Source of the DNA: Thermoanaerobaculia bacterium
GTDB lineage: Bacteria; Acidobacteriota; Thermoanaerobaculia; UBA5066
Reading direction: 5' to 3'
Length of the DNA: 64,000 nt
Assembly (NCBI GenBank): GCA_963816185.1
Contig: CAWFJJ010000028.1
Coordinates: forward strand, 384,001-448,000
In this document: in pieces, positions 30,459-40,302 of the stretch
Layout of the letters: each line of letters starts with the position of its first letter
How positions within the stretch are numbered: position 1 is the first letter of the stretch
Translations under genes and position numbers: made by a program
Notes under the pieces: generated by a model
Databases searched by the model: none
Seen by the model: the letters and a program-made list of their open reading frames with translations, nothing else
Told to the model about the DNA's origin: nothing

Positions 30459-32690
30459 ATGCGACTCTCCCGCCGGACTCCCGCCGCCGTCCTCGCCGCT
30501 GCATTTCTAGCCGCGTCCCCGCTCCGGGCCGGGACGCCCCGCATCGCCGTCACGGCCGGCGCTCGCGACTTTCTCGCGGGCGAGGCGAAGGGCGTCGCCG
30601 TCTCCGCGGACGGCAGGCTCATGCTCGGGGCGGCGCTCGCGGCGCGCGATTGGCCGGACGACGCGAACGACGCGGCCATCTTCGCGGCGGCCGCCGACTC
30701 GTCCGGCCGCGTGTTCCTGGCCACGGGCGGGGGCCTCGGCCGGCTTTTCGTCTCGAGCGACGAGAAGGTGAGGCTGCTCTTCACCGCGCCCGAGCCGAAC
30801 ATCACGGCGGTCGCGGTCGCTCCGGACGGCGCGGTCGTCTGCGCGTCGTCTCCGAACGGAAAGATCTATCGGGTCGACCCGAAGGCCGCCGATCCGGCGA
30901 AGGCCGGCACCGTACTCGCCGAGCCGAAAGAGGCGGCGATCTGGGCTCTCGCATTCGCGAAGGATGGAACGCTCTACGCGGGGACCGGGAACAAGGGCCG
31001 CGTTTATCGCAAGACGCCCTCAGGGGCCCTCGAGCTCTTCCACGAAATCGAGGACGTGCACGTGAGGGCGCTCGCCGTGGGTCCGGACGGCACCGTGTAC
31101 GCGGGGACGTCAGACCGGGGTCTCGTGGTCGCGCTGCCCGCACACGGCAATCCGCGCACGCTGTACGATTTTTCGCGCCCGGAGGTCTCGGCTCTCGCCG
31201 TGGATGCCCGCGGCGTCGTCTACGCGGCCGCATCGCAGGTCGACGCCTCGACGGGCAGGCCGGCGCCGGTCGGGCCGGGCCTTCGGCCCACCCCCACTCC
31301 GACACCGCACCCCTCCGAACACGCCGAGGAGGCTCCGCGCGGTTCGGTCTCCGTGTCCGCCTCGACGTCTCCGGCGCGGCCCGTCGTCGAACCTCGTTCC
31401 ACGAGCAGCTCGGAGCTCGTCGTCATCCAGCCCGACGGCTTCGTCGAGCCCGGCTGGCTCTTTCCCGAGGAGGCGATTTTTGGTCTGCGTCTCGAGGCGG
31501 ACGGAGCGCTTCTCGCCGCGACGGGCCCGCGCGGCCGCGTCTACGAGTGGAAGGACCGCCAGGTGCGCCTCGTGGCCTCCACCGGTGAGAAGCTCGCGCT
31601 CGCGATCCCCGCGGCCGGGCGCGGCTTCGCCGTCGTGACGATGGGATCGGCGGGAATCCTGCGGCCGTCTCACCCGGGCAGTCCCGCCACCGGGACGTTC
31701 ACGTCCGCCGTCAAGGATGGCCTGCGCCTGTCGACGTTCGGACGCCTGAGATACGAGGGAAGCGCGCCCCCGGGAGCGGCGCTCACCCTCTCGGTACGGA
31801 CGGGAAACTCGGACAAGCCCGATGGCACGTGGTCGGCCTGGATACGGGTCGGCCCGGACGGCGGCGCGAAGCCTCCCGTCGCGCGCTTCTTCCAATGGAG
31901 GGCCGAGCTGACCGCCTCGCCGAAGGGTGAATCTCCGGTCGTCGAGCGCGTGGACCTTTCGTACACCGAGCGCAACGCGCGGCCGGTGCTCGAGAACCTC
32001 GCCGTCCTCGAGCCAGGTGCCGTCTTTTCGCGCGGCGCCGCGGGCGCGGGCGTCCTCTCCGTGGCGAATCCCGACGAGTCCGGCATCTACGCGGGGCTCG
32101 AGGCTCCGCACGATGGGCCGGCCGAGGGTCCGGGAAAGCGGCTGTTTCGGAAGGGCTACCGGACGCTCACCTGGAAGGGTACGGACCCGAACGGCGACGC
32201 GCTACGGTACGAGGTCGAGGCGCGTCGCGAGAGCGGTTCGGCCTGGTTCCCCGTGAGAAAGGACCTCGAAGACTCGTTTCTCTCGTTCGACACGACCGCG
32301 CTTCCGGACGGCCGCTACCTTTTCCGGGTGACCGCCTCCGACCGTCTCTCGCAGCCCGAAAGCGAGGCCCTCACCGCGCGCGAGGAAAGCGGCGTCGTCA
32401 TCGTCGACAACACTCCTCCCGTTCTGAAGCTCGAATCCCGCAAGGTCGAAGGCAGCTCTCTCGTCGTCACGGTGCTCGCCACGGACGCGCTCTCGCCCGT
32501 TACGAAGGCTGAAGGCGCCGTGAACGCGGATCGCTGGCGCCTCCTGTCCGCGGAGGACGGCGCCGCCGACTCGCCGGTCGAGCGCTTCGTCTTCCGCGTC
32601 CCGAAGCCGCCGGGGCCGGCGGTTCTGTCGATCCGCGTTCTCGACGCGGCCGGCAACGTCGCGGCGATCGCCGTGGAGTGGCCGTTCTGA
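30459..32690 (+). CDS. Secreted beta-propeller plus Ig/FN3-like protein
   Basis: Signal peptide; repeats IWALAF.DGTLYAGTG, ALAVGPDGTVYAGT; DTTALPDGRYLFRVTASD, VDNTPP. Confidence 0.8.
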   Translation: MRLSRRTPAAVLAAAFLAASPLRAGTPRIAVTAGARDFLAGEAKGVAVSADGRLMLGAALAARDWPDDANDAAIFAAAADSSGRVFLATGGGLGRLFVSSDEKVRLLFTAPEPNITAVAVAPDGAVVCASSPNGKIYRVDPKAADPAKAGTVLAEPKEAAIWALAFAKDGTLYAGTGNKGRVYRKTPSGALELFHEIEDVHVRALAVGPDGTVYAGTSDRGLVVALPAHGNPRTLYDFSRPEVSALAVDARGVVYAAASQVDASTGRPAPVGPGLRPTPTPTPHPSEHAEEAPRGSVSVSASTSPARPVVEPRSTSSSELVVIQPDGFVEPGWLFPEEAIFGLRLEADGALLAATGPRGRVYEWKDRQVRLVASTGEKLALAIPAAGRGFAVVTMGSAGILRPSHPGSPATGTFTSAVKDGLRLSTFGRLRYEGSAPPGAALTLSVRTGNSDKPDGTWSAWIRVGPDGGAKPPVARFFQWRAELTASPKGESPVVERVDLSYTERNARPVLENLAVLEPGAVFSRGAAGAGVLSVANPDESGIYAGLEAPHDGPAEGPGKRLFRKGYRTLTWKGTDPNGDALRYEVEARRESGSAWFPVRKDLEDSFLSFDTTALPDGRYLFRVTASDRLSQPESEALTAREESGVVIVDNTPPVLKLESRKVEGSSLVVTVLATDALSPVTKAEGAVNADRWRLLSAEDGAADSPVERFVFRVPKPPGPAVLSIRVLDAAGNVAAIAVEWPF

Positions 32691-34270
32691 GAAAGCTGGC
32701 TCTCCTCGCGGTCGTCGTCTTTCTGGCCGCCTGCGGTGTGCGCGGAAAGAACCAGGAGAGCGTCGTTCGGCGCCGCCTCGACGGCGATCCGAAGACTCTC
32801 AACCCGATCCTCGCGACCTTGGACCCGGAGCAAATCGTCCTGGCTCTTCTCGAGCGGAACCTGCTCGACTACGACGAGAAGCTGAACCTCGTGCCGGGCC
32901 TGGCAGAAGAGGTTTCCGCCTCGCCCGACCATCTCGTGTACACGATCCGCCTGCGAAAGGACGCCCGCTGGGAGGACGGCACGCCGGTCACGTCTCAGGA
33001 CGTCGTCTTCACGCTCACGACCCTTCTCGACCCGAAAACGCCCGCGCTCGCCCGCCGGGCGCTCTTCGACGGTTTCGTGAAGGCCGAGGCCGTGGACACC
33101 CGTACCGCGCGCGTCACCTTCAGCATCGCCTCCGCCGGTCGAATGGACGCCTTCAACCTGCCGCTCCTCTCGGCCGCCGCCTGGGCGGGCGGCGACGTGG
33201 CGACGAGTCCCCGAAACCGGAACCCGCTCGCGAACGGCCCGTACCGCCTCGGATCCTGGGAGGCGGGCCGGACGCTGACGCTCGTGCGAAACACGCAGTA
33301 CTTCGGCGAGAAGCCCGACCCCGAGCAGGTGATCTTCCGGGTCGTGCCCGAGACGGCGCCCGCGTTCGCGGCGCTCCAGACCGGCGATCTCGACGAGATG
33401 CGCCTCACCTACGCGCAGAAGAAGGAGCTCGACGGGAAGGCGGGCACGGCCGGCGCTCCGCGCGTCGTCACGTTCGACGAGCTCTCGTACCAGTATCTTC
33501 GGCTGGAACAACAGGCTGCCGATTTTCGCGGACCGGCGCGTGCGTCGGGCGCTGACGATGCTGATCGACCGCGAAAGCATCGACCGCAACCTTTACGGTG
33601 GTCTCGCGAAAGTCGCGAACGGGCCCCTTCCGCCGGCTCACTGGGCCTGGAATGCCTCCCTCGCGCCGTGGCCATACGACCCGAAGGCCGCCGAGGCGCT
33701 CCTCGACGAGGCCGGCTTCCGGAAGGGGCCGGACGGGATCCGGCGCAAGGGCAGTCTCCGCTTCGCCTTCACGCTTTCGCTCGGCATGGGCAGCGACATC
33801 CAGAGGCAGATGGTGGAGCTGGTGCAGCAGTCCTTCCGGAAGGCAGGCATCGAGATGGCGATCCAGCCTCTGGAATGGGCGACCTTCGGGGCCAAGATGG
33901 ACGCGGGAGAGTGCGACGCGTGGGCCGCCGCGCTGAACCTCGACCCGAACCCCGACCTCGCCGTGAGCTGGCACTCCGCCCAGACGCCGCCCGAGCGGCA
34001 TGAACGCGGCTTTCTACCGGAATCCCGAGGTGGACACGCTTCTCGACCGCCTCAAGACGACGTTCGACCGGGACGAGGCGCGCGCCCTTCTCGTGCGCGT
34101 GCAGAGCCTCATCCACGAGGACGAGCCGGTCACGTTCCTGAACGTCCCGCTGATCAAGTGGGGCATCTCCTCGCGCCTGACGAACGTGAAGACGTCGCCC
34201 GATCGGCCTCTTCATGTTCTGGCCCGGGGCGGCCGGCTGGCGCACGAGCGCGACGACGAGGCCGATCTCG
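32678..34270 (+). CDS. Peptide/nickel ABC transporter substrate-binding lipoprotein (family 5); frameshifts near 33495, 33995 and 34200; end approximate
   Basis: LAAC lipobox, DPKTLNP, WEDGTPVTSQDVVFT, VRRALTMLIDR, YRNPEVDTLL across three frames. Confidence 0.85.
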
Positions 34271-34308
34271 TAGGCTTCCCGCCGCATCGCCAAGTAACAT
34301 CTCTATCG

Positions 34309-35280
34309 GTGATCCGTTTCGCTCTCCGCCGGTCGCTCTCGGCCGTCCTGACGTTGCTGGGAGTTCTCGCGCTCGTCTTCGGGCTGGTCACCGCCGCTCC
34401 GGGCGACGCGGCGACGCTCGCAGCGCGCGCCGGCGGCAACCGCGCGGTGGCGATCTCTCCCGCCGCCCTGGCGGCCTTTCGGCATCTCTACGGCCTCGAC
34501 CGGCCGGTGGTGGAGCGCTTCGCGACCTGGATCTGGCGCGCCGCGCGCCTGGATTTCGGGCGCTCTCTCGTGGACGGCCAGCCCGTGACTCTTCGGATCG
34601 CCCGCGCGCTGCCGGCGACGTTGGCGCTGAATGCCGCCGCCCTCCTCCTCGCCTGCCTGATCGGGGTGCCCCTGGGAATCGCCGGAGCGCGCCGGCCCGG
34701 CGGGCGTCTGGACAGGATTTCCGGCTTCGTCTGCGACGCGTTTTTCGCGACGCCCACGTTCGTACTCGGACTCGTCCTGCTGCTCGTGTTCTCCGGCTGG
34801 CTGCGCATCACGCCCCTCTTTGCCGACGCGGAGTCCGGGGTGCGCGGTTTTCTCCTTCCGGTCGCCACCCTTTCGCTCACGTCGCTCGCCCTGATCGCGC
34901 GGTTCGTCCGGGTCTGCATGGCGGCCGCGCTCGCGGACCCCGCCGCTCTCGCCGGGCGCGCGCGCGGCGAACGACCCTCCGAAGAGGTCCGGCGCGCCCT
35001 CAGACGCTCGGCGGCTCCGTTCGCCGCGATGGGCGCCGTGCTCGTGCCGTCCGTCGTCTCGGGCTCGATCCTCGTGGAGCGGGTCTTCTCGCTGCCCGGC
35101 GCTGGGGGCCTTCTGGCCGAAGCCGTCTTCGCGCGGGACCTCCCGACCGTTCTCGCTCTCACGTGGTGCTCGGCCATGGCGGTCGTGGCCGCGTCTCTTG
35201 CCGCCGACCTCATCGCGGCGGCGCTCGACCCGCGCGTCGCACGCGAAGTCGACGTGGCGGCGCCGGGAGTCGCGGCGTGA
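34309..35280 (+). CDS. Peptide ABC transporter permease (DppB/OppB-like)
   Basis: APGD, YGLDRP, LDFGRS, ILVERVFSLPGAG, LDPRV. Confidence 0.9.
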   Translation: MIRFALRRSLSAVLTLLGVLALVFGLVTAAPGDAATLAARAGGNRAVAISPAALAAFRHLYGLDRPVVERFATWIWRAARLDFGRSLVDGQPVTLRIARALPATLALNAAALLLACLIGVPLGIAGARRPGGRLDRISGFVCDAFFATPTFVLGLVLLLVFSGWLRITPLFADAESGVRGFLLPVATLSLTSLALIARFVRVCMAAALADPAALAGRARGERPSEEVRRALRRSAAPFAAMGAVLVPSVVSGSILVERVFSLPGAGGLLAEAVFARDLPTVLALTWCSAMAVVAASLAADLIAAALDPRVAREVDVAAPGVAA

Positions 35281-36152
35281 CGGCAGCCCGGGCGGCTCTG
35301 CGCCGCGCGGGTCTCGCCTTCGCTCTTTTTCCCCTGATCGCCCTTCTCGCTCCGCTTCTCGCCCGCGAGAAACCCTGGATTACCGGCCGCGGCGGCGAGA
35401 CGATCGTGAGCGCTCCGGTTCCGTTCGATCCCGACGCCGTGGATCTCGACCAGCGGCTCAGGCCGCCCGGCCGGCGGCACCTTCTCGGCACGGACGAGCT
35501 CGGGCGCGACGTTCTATCCCGGGTCCTTCACGGGACGCGCCTCTCCGTCGCGGCAGGCCTGCTTGCCTCTGCTCTTGCTCTCGGTCTCGGAGCCGCGCTC
35601 GGAACTCTCGCGGGCTGGGCCGGAGGACGCACGGATCGCGTCGTGATGCTCTTCCTCCAGATCGTCCAGGCGCTCCCGGCGCTCGTCCTCGTGATCGCCG
35701 GAGCGGCGTTTCTCACGCCGTCTTTTCTCGTCGTGGCCCTCCTCATCGCCCTGACCGGCTGGACCGATGCGGCCCGCCTCGTACGAGCGGGCACGCAGCG
35801 CCTGAGAAACGAGGCATTCGTGGACGCGGCGCGGGCGACGGGCGCCTCGAACGCGCGCCTGCTCTTCGTCCACGTCCTCCCGCACGCGCTCCCGCCCGCG
35901 CTCGCGACGCTGCCATACGTGCTCGGTTCTGCCGTTCTCACGGAAGCGGGGCTGTCGTTCCTCGGGCTGGGCGCTCCACCCCCGGCCGCGTCCTGGGGAC
36001 GCGCGCTCGCCGAGGCTCGCAATCTCCTTCCGGGTGCGTCGTGGTGCGTCCTGCCGCCCGCCCTCGCGCTCTTCCTGCTCGTCTGGACGGCGCGCCGGCT
36101 CGGCGACGCGTTCCTCGGCCGAAGAGGGGACGTACAATCCCGTCTCGCGTGA
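35277..36152 (+). CDS. Peptide ABC transporter permease (DppC/OppC-like)
   Basis: HLLGTDELGRDVLSR, EAA-like loop FVDAARATGAS, EAGLSFLGLG..SWG. Confidence 0.9.
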   Translation: MTAARAALRRAGLAFALFPLIALLAPLLAREKPWITGRGGETIVSAPVPFDPDAVDLDQRLRPPGRRHLLGTDELGRDVLSRVLHGTRLSVAAGLLASALALGLGAALGTLAGWAGGRTDRVVMLFLQIVQALPALVLVIAGAAFLTPSFLVVALLIALTGWTDAARLVRAGTQRLRNEAFVDAARATGASNARLLFVHVLPHALPPALATLPYVLGSAVLTEAGLSFLGLGAPPPAASWGRALAEARNLLPGASWCVLPPALALFLLVWTARRLGDAFLGRRGDVQSRLA

Positions 36153-36637
36153 AGCGCACCGCCGTCTACCCGGGCACGTTCGATCCCATGACGAACGGCC
36201 ATGTCGATCTCATCCGGCGGGGTTGCCACATCTTCGACCGCGTGCTCGTCGCGGTTCTCATCGACACCGAAAAGGAGCCGCTCTTCACCGTCGAGGAACG
36301 GCTCGCGATGATCCGCTCCGTCTTCCGGCGCGAGCCGAAGGTCGTCGTGAAGTCGTTCCGAGGCCTCCTCGTGGAGTTCATGCACAAGGAAAACGCGCGC
36401 ATCGTCGTGCGCGGACTCCGCGCCGTCTCCGACTTCGAGCACGAGTTCCAGATGGCCCTCATGAACCGACGCCTCGGCCCGGAGGTCGAGACGCTCTTTC
36501 TCACGCCGAAGGAAGAGCTCTCGTACACGTCGAGCCGCCTCGTGAAGCAGGTCCACCAGCTCGGCGGCGACGTCTCGGGTCTGGTTCCGGCCGTCGTCCA
36601 CCGGGCGCTGGCGCGCAAGGTTCCGAACGGCGACTAG
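36149..36637 (+). CDS. coaD: Phosphopantetheine adenylyltransferase
   Basis: AVYPGTFDPMTNGH, VRGLRAVSDFEHE, SSRLVK. Confidence 0.96.
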   Translation: MKRTAVYPGTFDPMTNGHVDLIRRGCHIFDRVLVAVLIDTEKEPLFTVEERLAMIRSVFRREPKVVVKSFRGLLVEFMHKENARIVVRGLRAVSDFEHEFQMALMNRRLGPEVETLFLTPKEELSYTSSRLVKQVHQLGGDVSGLVPAVVHRALARKVPNGD

Positions 36638-36663
36638 GCGGTCCGGGGCGCTTTCGTACGCGC

Positions 36664-37083
36664 TCAGATCCGCCCGAACCGCCGGAATGCCTTCGCGATC
36701 GGTTCGGGCACGGTGCGCGGCCGGCCCGACGCGTCGAGAAACAGGTGGTGCGTCTCTCCCTCGGCGGCGAGCGCGCCGTCCGCAAGGACGATCTCGTACT
36801 GGAACGTGCAGCCCCGGCTCTTGAGCTCGGTCATTCGGGCTCGGACCGTCACGGTGTCGCCGTAGCGCACCGCGCGGCGGTAGCGTACGCGCGCCTCGGT
36901 GACCGTGATGAACGAGCCCTCGGCTTCCATGCGCGGGTAGGGATAGCCGGCGCGCTCGCAATAGGCGGTGCGGGCGACCTCGAACCAGATGATGTAGTTG
37001 CCGTGATAGACGACGCGCTGCGCGTCGGTCTCGGCGTAGCGCACCTGGATGGAGGTCTCGACGGCGGGATGGGGGGCGCTCAC
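36664..37083 (-). CDS. Acyl-CoA thioesterase (YbgC/4HBT-like)
   Basis: VRYAETDAQRVVYHGNYIIWFEVAR. Confidence 0.9.
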   Translation of the reverse strand: MSAPHPAVETSIQVRYAETDAQRVVYHGNYIIWFEVARTAYCERAGYPYPRMEAEGSFITVTEARVRYRRAVRYGDTVTVRARMTELKSRGCTFQYEIVLADGALAAEGETHHLFLDASGRPRTVPEPIAKAFRRFGRI

Positions 37084-37108
37084 GATGCCCCTAGACTAGA
37101 CGATCGCC

Positions 37109-38389
37109 ATGAGAGCGCTCTTCCGGGGTGACGGTTGGGGACTGGGAGAGAGGAGAGGACCGGGGACCGGGGATTTCTTAGAAAGAGAAGAACCGGGGAA
37201 AGAGATCTTCTTAGAAGGTGAAGAGAGGGTCATTTGCGCCGAGAGGCTGGAGCAGCTGCCCGACATGCTCGCCTCGCTCGACGAAATCGCATCGTCGGGC
37301 GATTTGAACCTGATCGCAGCGGGGTTCGTCTCCTACGAGGCGGGCGTTTACCTCGAAGGATCGACGGCGCTCGCGCGCCGGCATGAATTTCTTCCTTTCG
37401 CGGAATTCTTCCTCTTCGATACCCGCCGCTCCGGCGCCGCACGACGCATGTCGCCGCCTCCCGCCGCTTCCGCCCCATTCACCTTCGAAGAATCGGTACG
37501 CGCGGAGCGCGTGTTCTTTTCGGACCCTTCGGCTCGCGAAACGGAGCCGTCGCTATGCCCGGACGCGTGGAGAAACGGAGTAGACGCCATCCGGGACGCC
37601 ATCGCCCGCGGCGACGTCTATCAGGTCAACCTCACGCGCCGCACGCGCTTCGCGGCCCGCGTCGAGCCCTTCGCCCTCGCGCGCGCCCTCTACGGCGACA
37701 GCCCCGTGCCCTTCGCCGTGACGCTCGTCGGGAACGAGTGGGCCGTCGTGTCGAATTCGCCGGAGCTCTTTCTCGACGTGGACCTTGCGGCGCGCCGCGC
37801 GGTCACCAAGCCGATCAAGGGCACGATCGCGCGGGGCGCGACCGACGCCGAGGACGCCGGCCGGCGCCGCGAGCTCCTGGCCTCCGCGAAGGATGCGGCC
37901 GAGAACGTGATGATCGTGGACCTTCTGAGAAACGACCTCGGCAAGGTGGCTGAGAGAGGGCGCGTCGAGACGACCGCCATGAGATCGTTGAAGTCGTTCC
38001 GCCATCTCCATCACCTCGAATCCACGGTGGAGGCCAGCTTGAAGCCGGACGCCCGGCTCTCCGACGTCCTCCGCGCCACGTTGCCGGGGGGCTCGATCAC
38101 GGGTGCCCCGAAGCGCGCGGCGCTGCGTTTCATCCACGACCTCGAGAACGTGCCGCGCGGCGCGTATTGCGGGGCCGCGGGGTTCGTCCGTGGCGACGGC
38201 CGGGCGGTCTTCAACGTGGCAATCCGGACGGCGATCCTCGGTCGGGATACAGTGGACTACCACGCAGGAGGCGGAATCGTGTGGGACTCGAACGCGGAGG
38301 CCGAATGGCGCGAGACGAAGGCGAAGTCCCGGGAGTTTGGGGCGGCGATGGCGGCCCTCGGCGCGGGCGAGGTGCCCCATGAACCTTGA
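37109..38389 (+). CDS. pabB: Chorismate-binding enzyme (PabB / anthranilate synthase component I-like)
   Basis: GDVYQVNL, SNSPELF, KPIKGT, AENVMIVDLLRNDLG, PGGSITGAPK, NVAIRT, GGGIV; followed by a PabC-like gene. Confidence 0.85.
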   Translation: MRALFRGDGWGLGERRGPGTGDFLEREEPGKEIFLEGEERVICAERLEQLPDMLASLDEIASSGDLNLIAAGFVSYEAGVYLEGSTALARRHEFLPFAEFFLFDTRRSGAARRMSPPPAASAPFTFEESVRAERVFFSDPSARETEPSLCPDAWRNGVDAIRDAIARGDVYQVNLTRRTRFAARVEPFALARALYGDSPVPFAVTLVGNEWAVVSNSPELFLDVDLAARRAVTKPIKGTIARGATDAEDAGRRRELLASAKDAAENVMIVDLLRNDLGKVAERGRVETTAMRSLKSFRHLHHLESTVEASLKPDARLSDVLRATLPGGSITGAPKRAALRFIHDLENVPRGAYCGAAGFVRGDGRAVFNVAIRTAILGRDTVDYHAGGGIVWDSNAEAEWRETKAKSREFGAAMAALGAGEVPHEP

Positions 38390-39170
38390 GTACGCGCCGG
38401 TCCCGTTCCTCTCGCCCGCCGTCCAGCGGGGCTTCGGCTTCTTCGAGACGGCGCTTCTGGCGGGCCGGCGCGCCGTGCTGTGGGAACCGCACCTCGACCG
38501 GATGCAGCGCATCCTCACGAGGCTCGATCTCCCGAAGCCCTCGCGCGAGCGGCTGAACGACGTCGCGAAGCGCGCGCTCGACGCGTCGGCCGCAAAACCG
38601 GCGGAGCAGCGCGCATTGCGCCTCACGTGGTTCGCCGTGGGCGACGACCTCGACGATCCGGCGTCGTACCGTCTCGAGGCGCACCTCCTGCCGATTCCGG
38701 AGAGCCGCCTCGCCCGCCGGAAGGGCTCGCACTGCGTTTCGCTGCCGCTGGAGCTCCAGCGCGACACGCCGGGCGTGAAGTCCACGAGCTATTTCGCCGC
38801 GATGCAGGGAGGACGTCTCGCAAAGAAGGCCGGAGGGGACGAGGGGCTGTTCCGCTCTCCGGACGGGAGCTATCTCGAGGGCACGACGACGGGCCTCGCG
38901 GCGTGGAACGGAGGGACGCCCGTGCTCGCGCCGAAGGGAGTCCTCCCGAGTGTGACGGCCGCCGCCTTTTTCGGCGGCAAGGCCGCCACGGCAGCCCTGA
39001 GCGCGGAGAAGCTCCGCGAAGGATCCATCCTCCTCGGCTCTCTGACCATGGCGACGCCGATCCTTACGCTCGACGGGGTGCCGTGCGCCCGGCCACCCGA
39101 AATGCTCGCGCGCATCGCGGAGTTCAATCGGCGCCTGCTGCAGGATCCGGCCTTTGGCACGGAGCTCTAG
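38379..39170 (+). CDS. Class IV aminotransferase / 4-amino-4-deoxychorismate lyase-like
   Basis: GFGFFET, HLDRM, VKSTSY, DEGLF..LEGT, GVLPSVT. Confidence 0.85.
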   Translation: MNLEYAPVPFLSPAVQRGFGFFETALLAGRRAVLWEPHLDRMQRILTRLDLPKPSRERLNDVAKRALDASAAKPAEQRALRLTWFAVGDDLDDPASYRLEAHLLPIPESRLARRKGSHCVSLPLELQRDTPGVKSTSYFAAMQGGRLAKKAGGDEGLFRSPDGSYLEGTTTGLAAWNGGTPVLAPKGVLPSVTAAAFFGGKAATAALSAEKLREGSILLGSLTMATPILTLDGVPCARPPEMLARIAEFNRRLLQDPAFGTEL

Positions 39171-39192
39171 CACGGACTAAACTTTCATCCTT

Positions 39193-40302
39193 ATGGCCAG
39201 GTCTCGCTCCACCTCCCAGTCCCGCCACGTTCTTTTCACGGGCTTTCCCGGGTTCATCGGGGCGCGCCTGATCCCGCGCCTCCTGGAGCTCGCGCCCGGC
39301 ACGACTTTTCATGCGCTCGTCCAGGAGAAGTTTCTCTCGGCGGCGGACGCGTCCGTCGCCGCCCTCGGCGAGGAGCATCCCGGAACGAAAGGGCGCATCC
39401 GCCTCGTGGTCGGCGACATCACGTCGCCCGGCCTCGGCCTCGCGGCATCGAAGGCGAAGGAGCTCCAGAAGAGCCTCGAAGGCTGCTTCCATCTCGCCGC
39501 GGTCTACGACCTCGCGGTGGCGCGCGACCTGGGCATGCGCATCAACGTGGAAGGCACGAAGAACGTCGTCGAGTTCCTCGGCGGCGCACGGTCCTTCCGA
39601 CGCCTCGACTACGTCTCGACGGCATATGTCTCGGGCACGGCCGTCGGCACGTATCGAGAGACGGACCTCGACGTGGGGCAGAGCTTCAAGAATTACTACG
39701 AGGAGACGAAGTTCCTCGCGGAGACGGCCGTGAAGGAGAGCGGCCTTCCCGCGGCGATTTACCGGCCGGGCATCGTCGTCGGAAGCTCGAAGACGGGCGA
39801 GACCGCGAAGTTCGACGGCCCGTACTACTCGCTCAACGCCATGGGCGTCCTTCCGTCGCCCGGCGTCTTCATCAAGGTGGGGACCGGCGACGCGGAGGTG
39901 AACCTCGTGCCCGTGGACTTCGTCCTCGAGGCGATCGCCCGCCTCTCGACCTGGGAGGGAGCGGTCGGGAAGACGTACCACCTCACGGACCCGCACCCGT
40001 CGACCGCGTTCGAGATCGAGGAGATGTTCGCGAAGGCGCTCGGGAAGTCGTTCCTTTACGTGCCGGTGCCGCACCTGGTCGCGAAGCTGCTCTTCACGCC
40101 GGGCCCGGTCCAGAAGTCGTTCGGGATGCCCGTCCAGTCGATCGACTACTTCGACCATCCCGTGAGCTACGACTCGGCGCAGGCTACCGCGGACCTCGCG
40201 CGCTTCGGCGTGAAGTGCCCGCCGTTCAAGAGCTACGTCCAGAAGCTCGTCGCCTTCTGGCGCACGAAGAAGGACACGATCAAGCGCGGAGCGATGATTT
40301 GA
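39193..40302 (+). CDS. Extended SDR (thioester/fatty acyl reductase-like)
   Basis: TGFPGFIG, HLAAVYDL, NYYEETKFLAE, RPGIVVG, NLVPVDFV. Confidence 0.88.
   Translation: MARSRSTSQSRHVLFTGFPGFIGARLIPRLLELAPGTTFHALVQEKFLSAADASVAALGEEHPGTKGRIRLVVGDITSPGLGLAASKAKELQKSLEGCFHLAAVYDLAVARDLGMRINVEGTKNVVEFLGGARSFRRLDYVSTAYVSGTAVGTYRETDLDVGQSFKNYYEETKFLAETAVKESGLPAAIYRPGIVVGSSKTGETAKFDGPYYSLNAMGVLPSPGVFIKVGTGDAEVNLVPVDFVLEAIARLSTWEGAVGKTYHLTDPHPSTAFEIEEMFAKALGKSFLYVPVPHLVAKLLFTPGPVQKSFGMPVQSIDYFDHPVSYDSAQATADLARFGVKCPPFKSYVQKLVAFWRTKKDTIKRGAMI

Noticed and set aside
32678-36152. ABC operon lacking ATPase genes
   Set aside because: Split ABC loci with ATPases encoded elsewhere are common.
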